Shown here one piece after another: positions 1-10,162 of a DNA stretch of 64,000 nt. Position numbers and translations under genes: made by a program. The DNA comes from an uncultured Aquiluna sp. (GTDB lineage: Bacteria; Actinomycetota; Actinomycetes; Actinomycetales; Microbacteriaceae), in contig CAJYLB010000001.1 of assembly GCA_913775595.1 (NCBI GenBank), positions 682,001 through 746,000 on the forward strand, in the 5' to 3' direction. Under the pieces are notes generated by a model. It was not told the origin of the DNA. It made no database searches and saw nothing but the letters and a program-made list of their open reading frames with translations. Within the stretch, counting starts at the first letter, position 1. Each line of letters opens with the position of its first letter.

Positions 1-65
1 TCAACCAGGCGCGCAGCAGCAACGGCGGAGTCAACCCCGCCGCTCATGGCTGCTAAAACCTTCAC
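1..65 (-). CDS. mnmA: tRNA 2-thiouridylase MnmA, 5' end (runs off window start)
   Basis: Manual translation from GTG at 65: MKVLAAMSGGVDSAVAAARLV, containing the SGGVDS PP-loop; directly downstream of a cysteine desulfurase. Confidence 0.9.
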   Translation of the reverse strand, partial: MKVLAAMSGGVDSAVAAARLV

Positions 66-74
66 CTGATAAGT

Positions 75-1253
75 CTAATTTGCGCTCTGGGCGCTCTGTG
101 AGGCCACTAAGGCTCCTGGGTGAATCTTGACCATCGCCCTAACAAAGCTTTCTGCATCCTCCTTGGAGGTAGTGTGGCCGAGGGTGACCCTCAGGCAGGC
201 CCCGGCCAGTTCCTCGGAGTAGCCCATGCCTAGAAGCACATGGGAGGGACCCAAAACCCCCGCTTGGCAGGCGCTACCTGCCGAGACACTAACTCCCTCC
301 TGATCAAGGAGGAACAGAAGGTTGTCGCTCTGGGCGCCAGGGAAGATGATGTGCGAATTCTGCTGAACGCGGTCGGAATCCCCTGCTGTGATGATTGCGC
401 TTGGTATCTGGTGAGATATCTCAGCCTCAATCTGATCCCTGAGTTCCTCGAGCCTTGACTGCCTGCTCTGCATCTCGACTACTGCCTCTTCAATGGCAGC
501 ACCCAGTGCTGCTGCTAATGGGTAGTTCATGGTGCCAGACCTTAGGCCACGCTCCTGGCCGCCGCCGTGAAGCAGGTTCACCGGCGAAAAGTCTCTCGAG
601 ACCACAAGTGCGCCAACCCCAATCGGTGCTCCGAACTTATGGCCTGAAATGCTCATGGCGGTAAGGCCAGACGCCGAAAAGTCGATCGGGACATGCCCAA
701 CTGCGGCTATCGCATCGCTGTGAACAGGAATGGCATAGGCCTTTGCGAGGCTGCATACCCTTGGAATGTCGGTGATCACCCCTGTTTCGTTGTTGACCCA
801 CATCAAACTAATAAAGGCGATCTCTTCATGCCGTTGGCTAAGGATTAGCTCAAGTGCGTCGAGATCAACCATTCCTGTTGGCAAAACCGGAACATGGACA
901 ACCTCAGCACCCTCGTGAGCCACGAGCCAGTCAATTGGGTCGAGCAGGGCATGGTGCTCGGTTGCGGCTGTCACGATCACCTTTCGCTTTGGGTTCTCAG
1001 CTCTTGCCCAATAGATTCCCTTGACTGCCTGGTTGTTGGCTTCCGTGCCGCCGGACGTGAAGATGATTTCGCTTCGATTCGCACCAAGTGCCTTTGCGAC
1101 CTGGTCTCTGGCATCTTCCAAGATGGCCCTGGTGTCCTGCCCGTGGGCGTGGACTGAGGATGGGTTTCCGAGGTGCTGAATAGCCCTGTTTAGCGCCTCC
1201 AGTGCAACCTCTCTGCAAGGGGTTGTGGCGGCGTGGTCTAGGAACACGGGCAT
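75..1253 (-). CDS. Cysteine desulfurase (IscS/NifS class V PLP enzyme)
   Basis: FLDHAATTP, FTSGGTEANN, SGHK PLP lysine, SAGSAC catalytic Cys; start trimmed to ATG 1253 (TACACT -10 lies 6 nt upstream). Confidence 0.92.
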   Translation of the reverse strand: MPVFLDHAATTPCREVALEALNRAIQHLGNPSSVHAHGQDTRAILEDARDQVAKALGANRSEIIFTSGGTEANNQAVKGIYWARAENPKRKVIVTAATEHHALLDPIDWLVAHEGAEVVHVPVLPTGMVDLDALELILSQRHEEIAFISLMWVNNETGVITDIPRVCSLAKAYAIPVHSDAIAAVGHVPIDFSASGLTAMSISGHKFGAPIGVGALVVSRDFSPVNLLHGGGQERGLRSGTMNYPLAAALGAAIEEAVVEMQSRQSRLEELRDQIEAEISHQIPSAIITAGDSDRVQQNSHIIFPGAQSDNLLFLLDQEGVSVSAGSACQAGVLGPSHVLLGMGYSEELAGACLRVTLGHTTSKEDAESFVRAMVKIHPGALVASQSAQSAN

Positions 1254-1315
1254 AACCCAAGTGTATTTGAGGGCTTTGGAAAGCAAAGACCTATAGCCTT
1301 TGTTGAAAAGGCAGT

Positions 1316-3364
1316 ATGTTGGCGCAAAAATCTCAAGACCTCGCACCCCTAGGTATGACCCTGCTCGACGGTGGTGGGGTCTTTGGTGTTTGGTCAGAAA
1401 CTGCGAGCGCCGTAAAGCTTCACATTCTCGACCCGGAAGACACGGGCACAAGCATTCATGAGATACCTCTTGAGCAATCCGATGGTGGGATCTGGACTGC
1501 AGGAGATGACCGACTCAAGCGTGGCATCAAATATGTCCTACGAGCTGAGGGACCAGAGGGTCCAAGGCACGCATTCAACCCAGAGCGCAATCTTCTGGAC
1601 CCCTACGCTCGAGGACTGGTTCGAGAGAGTCACAAGAGCTATCACTGTGTTGCCGTTGACACTTCCTTCGACTGGGAGGGCGTAGAGCAGCCCAATACTG
1701 AGCTTGGCAAAACAGTCATCTATGAGGCACACGTCAGAGGACTCTCGAGGGTCAACCCCGCTATCCCAGAGGACATCCGCGGCTCCTACGCAGCGCTTGG
1801 ACACCCAGCAACCATTGACCACCTAACCTCGTTGGGCATCACAGCGGTAGAGCTACTGCCGATTCAGGCCTTTATTTCAGAGCCAAGGCTTGTGAACCTA
1901 GGGCTCATCAATTACTGGGGCTACAACACCATCAATTTCTTTACTCCCCACATGCGGTACGCGTCGGAAGCGAAGCGAGCCCAGGGACCAGAGGCGATGC
2001 TCCTAGAGCTAAAGACTGCCATCAGGGAGTTGCACCGCGCAGGCATTGAAGTGATTCTGGATGTGGTCTACAACCACACCGCAGAGGGCGGCCACAAGGG
2101 CCTGACCTACTCCTACCGCGGTCTTGATAACTCCAGCTACTACCGCCAGGATGATCAGGGTAACTATCACGACACCACTGGGTGTGGTAACTCGCTAAAT
2201 TTCGGTCAGCCAATGGTGCAGCGGCTTATGCTCGACAGTCTTCGCTATTGGGTTGAAGAGCTGAAGATTGATGGCTTCCGCTTTGACTTGGCAGCAACTC
2301 TGGCCAGGGACGAGAACAATCACTTCAGCCCTGAGCACCCGGTTCTTAGGGCAATGCAGGACGACCCGGTCATAAGCTCCGCAAAGCTAATTGTTGAACC
2401 CTGGGACGTTGGGATGGGCGGCTGGCAGACAGGTAACTTCCCTCCCGGATTCCCAGAGTGGAACGACCGCTTTCGCGACTCAGTAAGAAAGTTTTGGCTT
2501 CAAGATGTTGCCTCCTACCGCTCCTCTGGCAACCACCACAACGGTGTCCAGGAAATGGCAAGTCGCATTTCGGGCTCCCAAGATGTGGTGAGTGAGGGTT
2601 CTCCGCTTGGAACCGTGAACTTCATAACCGCGCACGACGGCTTCACGCTGTGGGACCTGGTCTCCTACAACGTCAAGCAGAACTCAGCTAACGGCGAGGG
2701 AAACCGTGACGGCGGCAACAACAACCTCAGCTTCAACCACGGTCACGAAGGAGAGACCACGCAGAGTTCCGTAAATTTCGCAAGGCGAAAGGCAGCCAGA
2801 AACCTCATCGGTACGCTGCTGCTGTCATCGGGTGTCCCGATGATCACCGCTGGTGACGAAAGATTGAAGACCCAGGGCGGGAACAATAACGCCTACTGCC
2901 AAGACAACGTGATCACCTGGCAGAACTGGGATCAGGATCCTCACAGGCTCGATTTCCAAAAGACTGTCTCGCACCTAATCAAACTTCGCCACGAGATCCC
3001 CGCACTGCGATCAAGAGTCTTCACAAAGCTAGATGAGCCAACGAAGGATTACGACCAGATGCTCTGGTTCTCCGTCCGCGGCGATGAGATGACTATTGAG
3101 GACTGGCATAACCCGGAGCGCAGGACCATTCAGCGCCTGACCTATCACCTCATGAACGATGGAACCAAGCAGGGGGTGCTGTTGGTGGTAAACGGCACCG
3201 AGGCAATCAAGAACGTTGCACTACCAAAGCCCAAGGACGCTGCCGGCTTTGAACTGCTTTGGGATTCGGCACTGGAACTTCCGCCCAAAAGAGACCTCGT
3301 TTTGGCCCCTGGGGCTAAGCTCCGCATGGTCGAAACCAGCATGCAGCTATTTCGGGTTATCTAG
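1316..3364 (+). CDS. glgX: Glycogen debranching enzyme GlgX (GH13)
   Basis: NYWGYNT, DVVYNHT, DGFRFDLA, EPWD, NFITAHDGFTL, GNNNAYCQDN motifs. Confidence 0.95.
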   Translation: MLAQKSQDLAPLGMTLLDGGGVFGVWSETASAVKLHILDPEDTGTSIHEIPLEQSDGGIWTAGDDRLKRGIKYVLRAEGPEGPRHAFNPERNLLDPYARGLVRESHKSYHCVAVDTSFDWEGVEQPNTELGKTVIYEAHVRGLSRVNPAIPEDIRGSYAALGHPATIDHLTSLGITAVELLPIQAFISEPRLVNLGLINYWGYNTINFFTPHMRYASEAKRAQGPEAMLLELKTAIRELHRAGIEVILDVVYNHTAEGGHKGLTYSYRGLDNSSYYRQDDQGNYHDTTGCGNSLNFGQPMVQRLMLDSLRYWVEELKIDGFRFDLAATLARDENNHFSPEHPVLRAMQDDPVISSAKLIVEPWDVGMGGWQTGNFPPGFPEWNDRFRDSVRKFWLQDVASYRSSGNHHNGVQEMASRISGSQDVVSEGSPLGTVNFITAHDGFTLWDLVSYNVKQNSANGEGNRDGGNNNLSFNHGHEGETTQSSVNFARRKAARNLIGTLLLSSGVPMITAGDERLKTQGGNNNAYCQDNVITWQNWDQDPHRLDFQKTVSHLIKLRHEIPALRSRVFTKLDEPTKDYDQMLWFSVRGDEMTIEDWHNPERRTIQRLTYHLMNDGTKQGVLLVVNGTEAIKNVALPKPKDAAGFELLWDSALELPPKRDLVLAPGAKLRMVETSMQLFRVI

Positions 3365-3414
3365 CTTGGCGGGCCTTTTTCTTTGGTTATCACCGTGGCC
3401 CTTAGTAAATTGGG

Positions 3415-5400
3415 GTGGTGGATAAAGCTGAATACGCGGTTGGGCGCTTCCCAATAGTCGCTACCTGGCCGGTCGTTGACGGTGGCCGATACCCCGTCAA
3501 GGCATTTGATGGTGAGGTCCTTGAATTTGGAGCAACCGCATTCAGAGAGGGCCATGACAGGCTTGCAGTGGAGCTTGTGCTCACCTCACCTGCAGGCAAA
3601 ACCACTCGCCACAGGATGCAACCGGGAAAGCCTGGGCTTGATCAGTGGATCACGAAAATCCAGCTAACCGAGGTTGGAACCTATCGCTACCAGATATCTG
3701 CCTGGGACGATGAGTTTGCCTCGTGGGAGCATGCCACCGGGGTAAAACTCGAGGCTGGCGCGGATGAAGAGTTGATGATCCTTGAGGGGAAAAACTTAAT
3801 CAGCCGAATTGCAGCTGGCAAGGCGAAAACCACCGCTCAAAAGTTTGATGCGGTCATCAAGATTCTTGAAGACAAAAAACTCAAGCCGCAGGAGAAGTTT
3901 GAGAAGGCACTCGCCTCAGGGTTATCCGACCTTGCGAACAAGCACCCGCTACGCGAGCGTGAGACTCTCTCCGACGCTGTGTCGATCCTCTGCGAGAGAA
4001 AGCTTGCGGGGAGCGGGAGTTGGTATGAGTTCTTCCCGCGCTCAGAGGGTGCAAAGCAGAACCGTGATGGCAGCTGGGTCTCGGGAACATTCAAGAGCGC
4101 AACAAAGAGCCTTCAACGGGTTGCGGATATGGGATTTGAGGTTCTCTACCTCCCGCCCATCCACCCAATCGGAACCACCCACCGCAAGGGAAAGAACAAC
4201 ACCCTCGTGGCAGAGAAGGGAGATCCTGGTTCCCCCTGGGCAATCGGGAGCAAAGAGGGTGGCCATGACACCGTTCATCCCGACCTTGGAACCGAAAAGG
4301 ACTTCGCGGCGTTTGTGAAGGCCGCAGGCAAACTTGGTATCGAAGTTGCGATGGACCTGGCTCTTCAGGCCTCTCCCGACCACCCATGGGTGAAGACAAA
4401 CCCGGAGTGGTTCACCACCAGGGCCGACGGTACCATCGCATACGCAGAGAATCCTCCAAAGAAATATCAGGACATCTACCCGATCAACTTTGACCAGGAC
4501 CCACAGGGGATCCACGTCGAGGTCATGAGGGTCTTGGAGAAGTGGATTTCCCTCGGCGTAAAGATCTTCAGGGTCGATAACCCCCACACCAAAACCGTCG
4601 AGTTTTGGCAAAAGCTCATCGCCGAGGTCAACGCCAAGCACCCCGATGTAATTTTCCTCGCAGAGGCGTTTACGCGCCCGGCAATGATGCACACGCTCGG
4701 AAAAATCGGATTCCAGCAGTCCTACTGCTACTTCGCATGGCGCAATACAAAGAATGAACTAACCGGCTATCTCAACGAACTGGCGCACGAGTCTGCAGAT
4801 TTCTTTAGGCCAAGTTTCTGGGTGAATACCCCCGATATCCTCACCGAATATTTGCAGTTTGGCGGCAGACCCGCATTCAAGATTCGCGCCACCATCGCAG
4901 CCACCGCAGGCCCAAGCTGGGGCATGTATTCAGGCTTTGAGCTTTACGAGGCAGTTGCTCGTCCCGGCAGCGAAGAGAACATTGACAACGAAAAGTATGA
5001 ATACAAGTCACGAGACTTTGTAGGCAGTGAGGATAGGGGCGTAAGCCTCGCGCCTCGCATCAGGCTGCTAAACAAGATCCGCAAGGAAAACCCAGCACTG
5101 GGTCAGCTGAGAAACATCACCACCCACTACAGCGACGATGAGCATATCTTGGTTTACGCAAAGCGGCTGGAACCCGAGTTCAACTCGGGCAAAGACAACA
5201 CAGTGATTGTGGTTGTGAACACCGACCCGCACTCTGTTCGAGAGACCATGGTGCACCTCGACCTGTTGGCACTTGACCTACCGAACAGCTTCGAAGTTGA
5301 GGACCTAATCTCGGGTAAGAAGTTCAGCTGGGGCGAGCACAACTTTGTTCGCCTCGATTCCTTCAGTGAACCTGCCCACGTCCTCAGGGTGGTGCGATGA
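3415..5400 (+). CDS. glgE: Maltose-1-phosphate maltosyltransferase GlgE
   Basis: WYEFFPRS, YLPPIHPIG, AENPPKKYQDIYP, FRVDNPHTK, FLAEAFTRP; start may be GTG 3418. Confidence 0.95.
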   Translation: MVDKAEYAVGRFPIVATWPVVDGGRYPVKAFDGEVLEFGATAFREGHDRLAVELVLTSPAGKTTRHRMQPGKPGLDQWITKIQLTEVGTYRYQISAWDDEFASWEHATGVKLEAGADEELMILEGKNLISRIAAGKAKTTAQKFDAVIKILEDKKLKPQEKFEKALASGLSDLANKHPLRERETLSDAVSILCERKLAGSGSWYEFFPRSEGAKQNRDGSWVSGTFKSATKSLQRVADMGFEVLYLPPIHPIGTTHRKGKNNTLVAEKGDPGSPWAIGSKEGGHDTVHPDLGTEKDFAAFVKAAGKLGIEVAMDLALQASPDHPWVKTNPEWFTTRADGTIAYAENPPKKYQDIYPINFDQDPQGIHVEVMRVLEKWISLGVKIFRVDNPHTKTVEFWQKLIAEVNAKHPDVIFLAEAFTRPAMMHTLGKIGFQQSYCYFAWRNTKNELTGYLNELAHESADFFRPSFWVNTPDILTEYLQFGGRPAFKIRATIAATAGPSWGMYSGFELYEAVARPGSEENIDNEKYEYKSRDFVGSEDRGVSLAPRIRLLNKIRKENPALGQLRNITTHYSDDEHILVYAKRLEPEFNSGKDNTVIVVVNTDPHSVRETMVHLDLLALDLPNSFEVEDLISGKKFSWGEHNFVRLDSFSEPAHVLRVVR

Positions 5401-7550
5401 GGCTCGATGACTCGGTTTATGAGCAGCTTGCGCACGGTTCTCATCACTCGCCGCACGATTTCTTAGGCGTTCACCCAGAGGGTAAAGGCTGGGTGATCCG
5501 AGCTCTCAGGCCACTTGCAAAGTCAGTGACTGCAAAGACAAAGACCAAGTCCATCGCTCTCGAGCATGTCCATGCAGGAGTATGGGAAGCGAGGGGAAAG
5601 ACGAAGGCTCTCGACTACAGGCTGGTTACTGACTACGAGGGCTCTACGTGGGCTACAGCAGACTCATACAGTTTCCTACCCATGATTGGCGAGCTGGACC
5701 TACACCTGATTGCGGAGGGGCGTCACGAGGAACTCTGGAGGGTCCTCGGCTCACATGTAATTGAGACGAAGGACGCGATCGGTAAGATTTCTGGCGTCAG
5801 CTTCAAGGTCTGGGCACCCAATGCATCTGCAGTCCGGGTGGTTGGTGATTTCAACTCCTGGGACGGGACAGCGCATGCAATGCGTTCGCTTGGCTCGAGC
5901 GGTGTTTGGGAGCTGTTTATTCCAGACCTGGGACCAGGAACGCTCTACAAGTATCAGATTCGGACTCGTCATGGTCAGTGGATTACGAAGATTGACCCAA
6001 TGGCGCGGAGCTTTGAGATTCCTCCAGCAACTTCATCCATAGTTGAGAAATCGAGCTACAGCTGGGGTGACGGGGCTTGGATGAAGCAGCGGGCTAAGCG
6101 CGATGCAATGCGCTCCCCCATGTCTACCTACGAGCTGCACCTCGGCTCGTGGCGAGGGGCAAAGAACTATCGTGAGCTGGCGCCAGAGCTAATTGGACAC
6201 ATCAAATACCTTGGTTTCACTCACGTAGAGTTCATGCCTCTTGCGGAGCACCCTTTTGGTGGTAGCTGGGGCTATCAGGTCACCGGCTACTTCGCACCGA
6301 CCTCTCGATTTGGAACCCCAGATGACTTTAGATATCTGGTTGACCAGCTCCACCAGGCGGGTATCGGGGTCATCATGGACTGGGTCCCTGCGCACTTTCC
6401 AAAGGACGATTGGGCCCTAGCTCGGTTTGATGGTGAGCCGCTCTATGAGGATGCGGATCCACGAAGGGGCGATCATCCTGACTGGGGCACTCACGTATTC
6501 AATTTCGGCAGAACCGAGGTAAAGAACTTTCTGGTAGCGAATGCCCTTTACTGGCTGGAGGAGTTCCACATCGACGGGCTTCGTGTTGATGCGGTGGCAT
6601 CGATGCTCTACCTGGATTACTCACGCGAAGATGGCGAGTGGCTACCAAATGTCTTCGGCGGCAGGGAAAACCTCGACGCAATCAGCTTCCTGCAGGAGAC
6701 AAATGCGACTGCGTATCGCAGAAACCCCGGCATCATGATGATTGCTGAGGAGTCAACCGCTTTCGCGGGCGTGAGCTCCCCCACCGACACAGGTGGTCTG
6801 GGCTTTGGGTTCAAATGGAACATGGGCTGGATGCACGATTCCCTGCAGTACATCGAGAGAGACCCGATGTATCGCTCTCACCACCACGGAGAAATAACCT
6901 TCTCGATGCTCTACGCCTATGACGAGAAGTTCGTGCTACCGATCAGTCATGACGAGGTAGTCCACGGCAAGGGATCGCTACTGGCCAAGATGCCCGGTGA
7001 TCACTGGCAGAAACTTGCAAACATGCGCGTCTACCTGGCATTTATGTGGACTCACCCGGGAAAGAAGCTGCTTTTTATGGGCCAGGAATTTGCCCAACCC
7101 TCCGAGTGGAGCGAATCTAGGGAGCTTGACTGGTGGCTCACCGACCACGCTCCTCACCGCGGCATCCAGCAACTGGTGGCGGATTTGAATTCCCTTTATG
7201 CCAAGCATCCCGAGCTGTGGGAGCTCGACCATGACCCTGCAGGTTTCCGCTGGATCGATGGCGGTGATGCGAACAGAAATCTACTGAGCTTCATCCGAGA
7301 GGATTCTTCTGGTAACCAACTAGTGGTTATTGTCAATTTCGCAGGCAACCCTCACCACGACGTCGTCTTGGGTGTGGACAACGCAGGTGACTACCGGGAG
7401 CTTCTCAATACCGACGCTGAGACCTACGGGGGCTCCGGGCACGGAAACCTTGGCAAGATTTCAACGAGCCCGATTCAATCGCATGGAAGCCCAAACTCGC
7501 TCGTACTTAGCGTGCCGCCGCTTGGCGCCTTGGTTCTCCAGAAGATCTAG
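5397..7550 (+). CDS. glgB: 1,4-alpha-glucan branching enzyme GlgB
   Basis: WAPNA, SWGYQ, DWVPAHFP, DGLRVDAVASMLY, AEESTA, SHDEVVHGKGSL. Confidence 0.96.
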   Translation: MRLDDSVYEQLAHGSHHSPHDFLGVHPEGKGWVIRALRPLAKSVTAKTKTKSIALEHVHAGVWEARGKTKALDYRLVTDYEGSTWATADSYSFLPMIGELDLHLIAEGRHEELWRVLGSHVIETKDAIGKISGVSFKVWAPNASAVRVVGDFNSWDGTAHAMRSLGSSGVWELFIPDLGPGTLYKYQIRTRHGQWITKIDPMARSFEIPPATSSIVEKSSYSWGDGAWMKQRAKRDAMRSPMSTYELHLGSWRGAKNYRELAPELIGHIKYLGFTHVEFMPLAEHPFGGSWGYQVTGYFAPTSRFGTPDDFRYLVDQLHQAGIGVIMDWVPAHFPKDDWALARFDGEPLYEDADPRRGDHPDWGTHVFNFGRTEVKNFLVANALYWLEEFHIDGLRVDAVASMLYLDYSREDGEWLPNVFGGRENLDAISFLQETNATAYRRNPGIMMIAEESTAFAGVSSPTDTGGLGFGFKWNMGWMHDSLQYIERDPMYRSHHHGEITFSMLYAYDEKFVLPISHDEVVHGKGSLLAKMPGDHWQKLANMRVYLAFMWTHPGKKLLFMGQEFAQPSEWSESRELDWWLTDHAPHRGIQQLVADLNSLYAKHPELWELDHDPAGFRWIDGGDANRNLLSFIREDSSGNQLVVIVNFAGNPHHDVVLGVDNAGDYRELLNTDAETYGGSGHGNLGKISTSPIQSHGSPNSLVLSVPPLGALVLQKI

Positions 7551-8395
7551 AACATTAGCGATGCTAGGCGCCTGCGGGCTGCTAGCACTGCAGGGTGGTC
7601 GTTTCCCAAGATCATAAAAAGCTTCAACAGTCTGTCTCTGATTTGATCTCGGTCTTCGATGCGCTCTGCGAAGAGCCCAAGCAGGTGCTCAAAGGCTCCT
7701 TCGGCATTGTTTGACGCCAAGAGCTGATCAGCACCAAGCATCGCTGCCTCGAGCTCCGAAAGTTTTTCCTGGCCTTGGAGGCGCATCATCAGCTCGACCT
7801 GCGCAAGGCCGGCATGAGCTTCCTGGTCATTTGGATACTCGACCAAAATTTTTTCGTAGGTTGACTTTGCACCCTGGAGGTTCCCCTCCTCGATTAGGGC
7901 AAAAGCCGCCTGGTGCTCGGGACTGAGTTCTTTCTCAGGCTCGGGATTAGCTGCGGGCTGGTTGGATACTTTGACAGTGCCAGTTATGTTGTTTTGCTTT
8001 GCCAACTGCAACACCTGAGAGAGCACCTGTAAAAACTGCTCCTGAGCGATGTTTCCCTGGAAGAGGGGCGCAGGCTGCCCAGCCAAGATAGCGAGCATCG
8101 CTGGCGCCATGCTGACACCGACCGCCTGAGCGAGCTGCGGGGTCTTTGACATGCTGATCTCAATGCCTGCGAAGCGGCCCTCACTCGCCTCAAGGGTCTT
8201 TATCAAAAGAGCTCTAACTGATGCCGAGTCGGGGCTTTCATCACTGATGAGGACCAGCACCGGCACCTTTTCACTGAGCTTGAGATAGTCCCTAAGCTTC
8301 TGCTCATCTCCGGATACCAACCACGCAGAGACGGTGTTACCGCCGTCTTCATCGGATAATTTGGAAAGATCGAAGGCGTTGCCAAATTCAGTCAT
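7547..8395 (-). CDS. YbbN/CnoX-like thioredoxin-fold plus TPR co-chaperone (no CxxC)
   Basis: Degenerate thioredoxin N-domain (PQLAQAVGV..P, GQPAPLFQG), TPR-like helices, C-terminal ARRRLASLMF. Confidence 0.75.
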   Translation of the reverse strand: MTEFGNAFDLSKLSDEDGGNTVSAWLVSGDEQKLRDYLKLSEKVPVLVLISDESPDSASVRALLIKTLEASEGRFAGIEISMSKTPQLAQAVGVSMAPAMLAILAGQPAPLFQGNIAQEQFLQVLSQVLQLAKQNNITGTVKVSNQPAANPEPEKELSPEHQAAFALIEEGNLQGAKSTYEKILVEYPNDQEAHAGLAQVELMMRLQGQEKLSELEAAMLGADQLLASNNAEGAFEHLLGLFAERIEDRDQIRDRLLKLFMILGNDHPAVLAARRRLASLMF

Positions 8396-10098
8396 TATGA
8401 CCCTAAGGCTACCGCGGTCAGCAGCTGCTGAGTCGCGCCAAGCAGCCTAACCTGTGCCTCTGAGCCGGTCGCTGGAACATGGAATAGCAGCATTGCTCCG
8501 TACCGAGTCTCAATTCCAGTTGCGGAGCCGCTTGTGCCAAGAAGTATCGCCTCATCTCCGGCAATGGCAACTGCATCCCCCGGTTCCTTCGGGATGATTG
8601 TGTAGGTATCAATCATGTACAGCCCAACCAGCGCCCCACCATCGAGGGTGGAAAGCAAAACAATGGGATCTTCCGTAAGTTCATGTGCAAAATCCAAGTT
8701 TGCATTGCTGAGGGTCTCAGCGAGACCCTGCTGCACTGACGCAACATCCTTGATGTAGTCGTTGTTGGGGTCGACTATGTCCACCCATAGAGAATCAACA
8801 CCGTTATTCAGCAAGTCCCCAACCGCATCCCCCAACAAACTTGGAGAGACCATCAAGAAACGGTTATCGAGCTTGAGAGCATTCGCGCCAGTTAGCTCAG
8901 ACGCAACGTCTGGGAACTTTGTTCCTGGCAATAGAGCCATGTACTGAAAGAGCTTGTATTGCTCCCTAGGCCCCTCTTGTCTCAGCACCAACATTTGAAG
9001 CTGTTCATCGCCAGTCACAACCATTACGTTTCTTGGCCAGGTGTCAGTAGCAGGTGGCAGAAAGAGTTGAATCGGGCCTTCAAGGACTGGATCGAGAGAG
9101 CCCTCTCCATCCTCGAGTCTGGAAACTAGGTTGTAAGCGAAGCGCCTCATCTCTAAGGCGGGGCCGGTAACCCTCGTCTCCAAAGACTCACGGTCGTTGT
9201 TCTCATCCGCAACCCTTACGACCTCGGCGATGTCAGCCAGAATGTCGCTCACCTGGGTCTTCGTTAGGGCAGGGGTGAGGACCCCGGGGCTAGCCAGCGG
9301 GCTGGGCGACAGCACTGGGCTTTCGTATTCCGCGACGCAACCCGTTAGCAGTGCGCTGCTTAGCCCTAAGGCAATAAAAGCGTCAGGGCGCAATGCCCTA
9401 CGGCCGCGACGAGGGCTGGTGCCTGCTTGAGAAACAGCTCGCCGTGGCGCTCTCCTTCGCGGTGGCTTTGGACCTCTGCGCCTGGATGAGCGATGTTTAT
9501 TGGCAAAACCAATTGCAGCCCAGAGGCCAGCAATCGAACCGAGAGCCATAAGCCCGACTCCCACGTATGTGATTGGGGGTATCTCAACCTGCTCATCTGG
9601 AATGTCCCACTCGATCGAAATGCTTCGCGGAGCTAGCTCCAGTCCGTTAGAGGCCACAAGTATGGCGGTCTGGTTGTCTGGCTCGATATCCAGAGAAACA
9701 CGAGAGCGGCCCGCAACCTCCGTGATCCACAGGTCAGACCCTTCCGGGGTAACCAGGTTTCCATTGCCGCTAACCAGCACCTCGGCTAACTCGGCGGTCT
9801 CACGCGCGATGTCGATGCTAAGCCGCAGTTCCACATAAGGGCTCCCCTCCAGCCACGACACCAAATCACTCTCGCGAGCGGTAGCGATGAAGATTTCACC
9901 ACCGCGAACAGTGATTTGAGGACTTGCGCTATAGGCAGTGAGGAGCTTGTTAGGGATTATGACGTAGGTGGTTGGCTGATCCAGCTGCTGGGAGGCGATA
10001 ATCGTCTCAATTGGGGTGTTTTCAACCTGATTGACAACCCCGATGCTGCCCGCTGTCAGTCCCCCTACGAATAGGACGAGGGCAAGCCAAAAGCGCAT
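8395..10098 (-). CDS. Membrane/extracytoplasmic protein of unknown function with internal lipobox
   Basis: 567-aa ORF; N-terminal hydrophobic segment, second TM near aa 176-198, Arg-rich linker, LLTGC at aa 250-254; TAATG coupling to next gene. Confidence 0.7.
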   Translation of the reverse strand: MRFWLALVLFVGGLTAGSIGVVNQVENTPIETIIASQQLDQPTTYVIIPNKLLTAYSASPQITVRGGEIFIATARESDLVSWLEGSPYVELRLSIDIARETAELAEVLVSGNGNLVTPEGSDLWITEVAGRSRVSLDIEPDNQTAILVASNGLELAPRSISIEWDIPDEQVEIPPITYVGVGLMALGSIAGLWAAIGFANKHRSSRRRGPKPPRRRAPRRAVSQAGTSPRRGRRALRPDAFIALGLSSALLTGCVAEYESPVLSPSPLASPGVLTPALTKTQVSDILADIAEVVRVADENNDRESLETRVTGPALEMRRFAYNLVSRLEDGEGSLDPVLEGPIQLFLPPATDTWPRNVMVVTGDEQLQMLVLRQEGPREQYKLFQYMALLPGTKFPDVASELTGANALKLDNRFLMVSPSLLGDAVGDLLNNGVDSLWVDIVDPNNDYIKDVASVQQGLAETLSNANLDFAHELTEDPIVLLSTLDGGALVGLYMIDTYTIIPKEPGDAVAIAGDEAILLGTSGSATGIETRYGAMLLFHVPATGSEAQVRLLGATQQLLTAVALGS

Positions 10099-10162
10099 GT
10101 GATTAGCTCCGAGTAGACTTTGCTAGCTCGCAAAAGTTTAGTCGCACATCGGGGGTTATCTC

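Noticed and set aside
1254..1451. N-terminal extensions in the ORF track (also ffh, tadC, tadG, ung, M23, antitoxin)
   Set aside because: They overlap neighbouring genes or promoters; downstream starts have SD or -10 support and match family N-termini
3362..3390. Terminator after glgX
   Set aside because: A U-rich tract is present but the stem is too weak to call
4042..4692. Long antisense ORFs inside glgE (and similar ones in smc, lepB, oppA)
   Set aside because: Typical antisense shadows with no coupling junctions or motifs, unlike the 40260-40868 ORF
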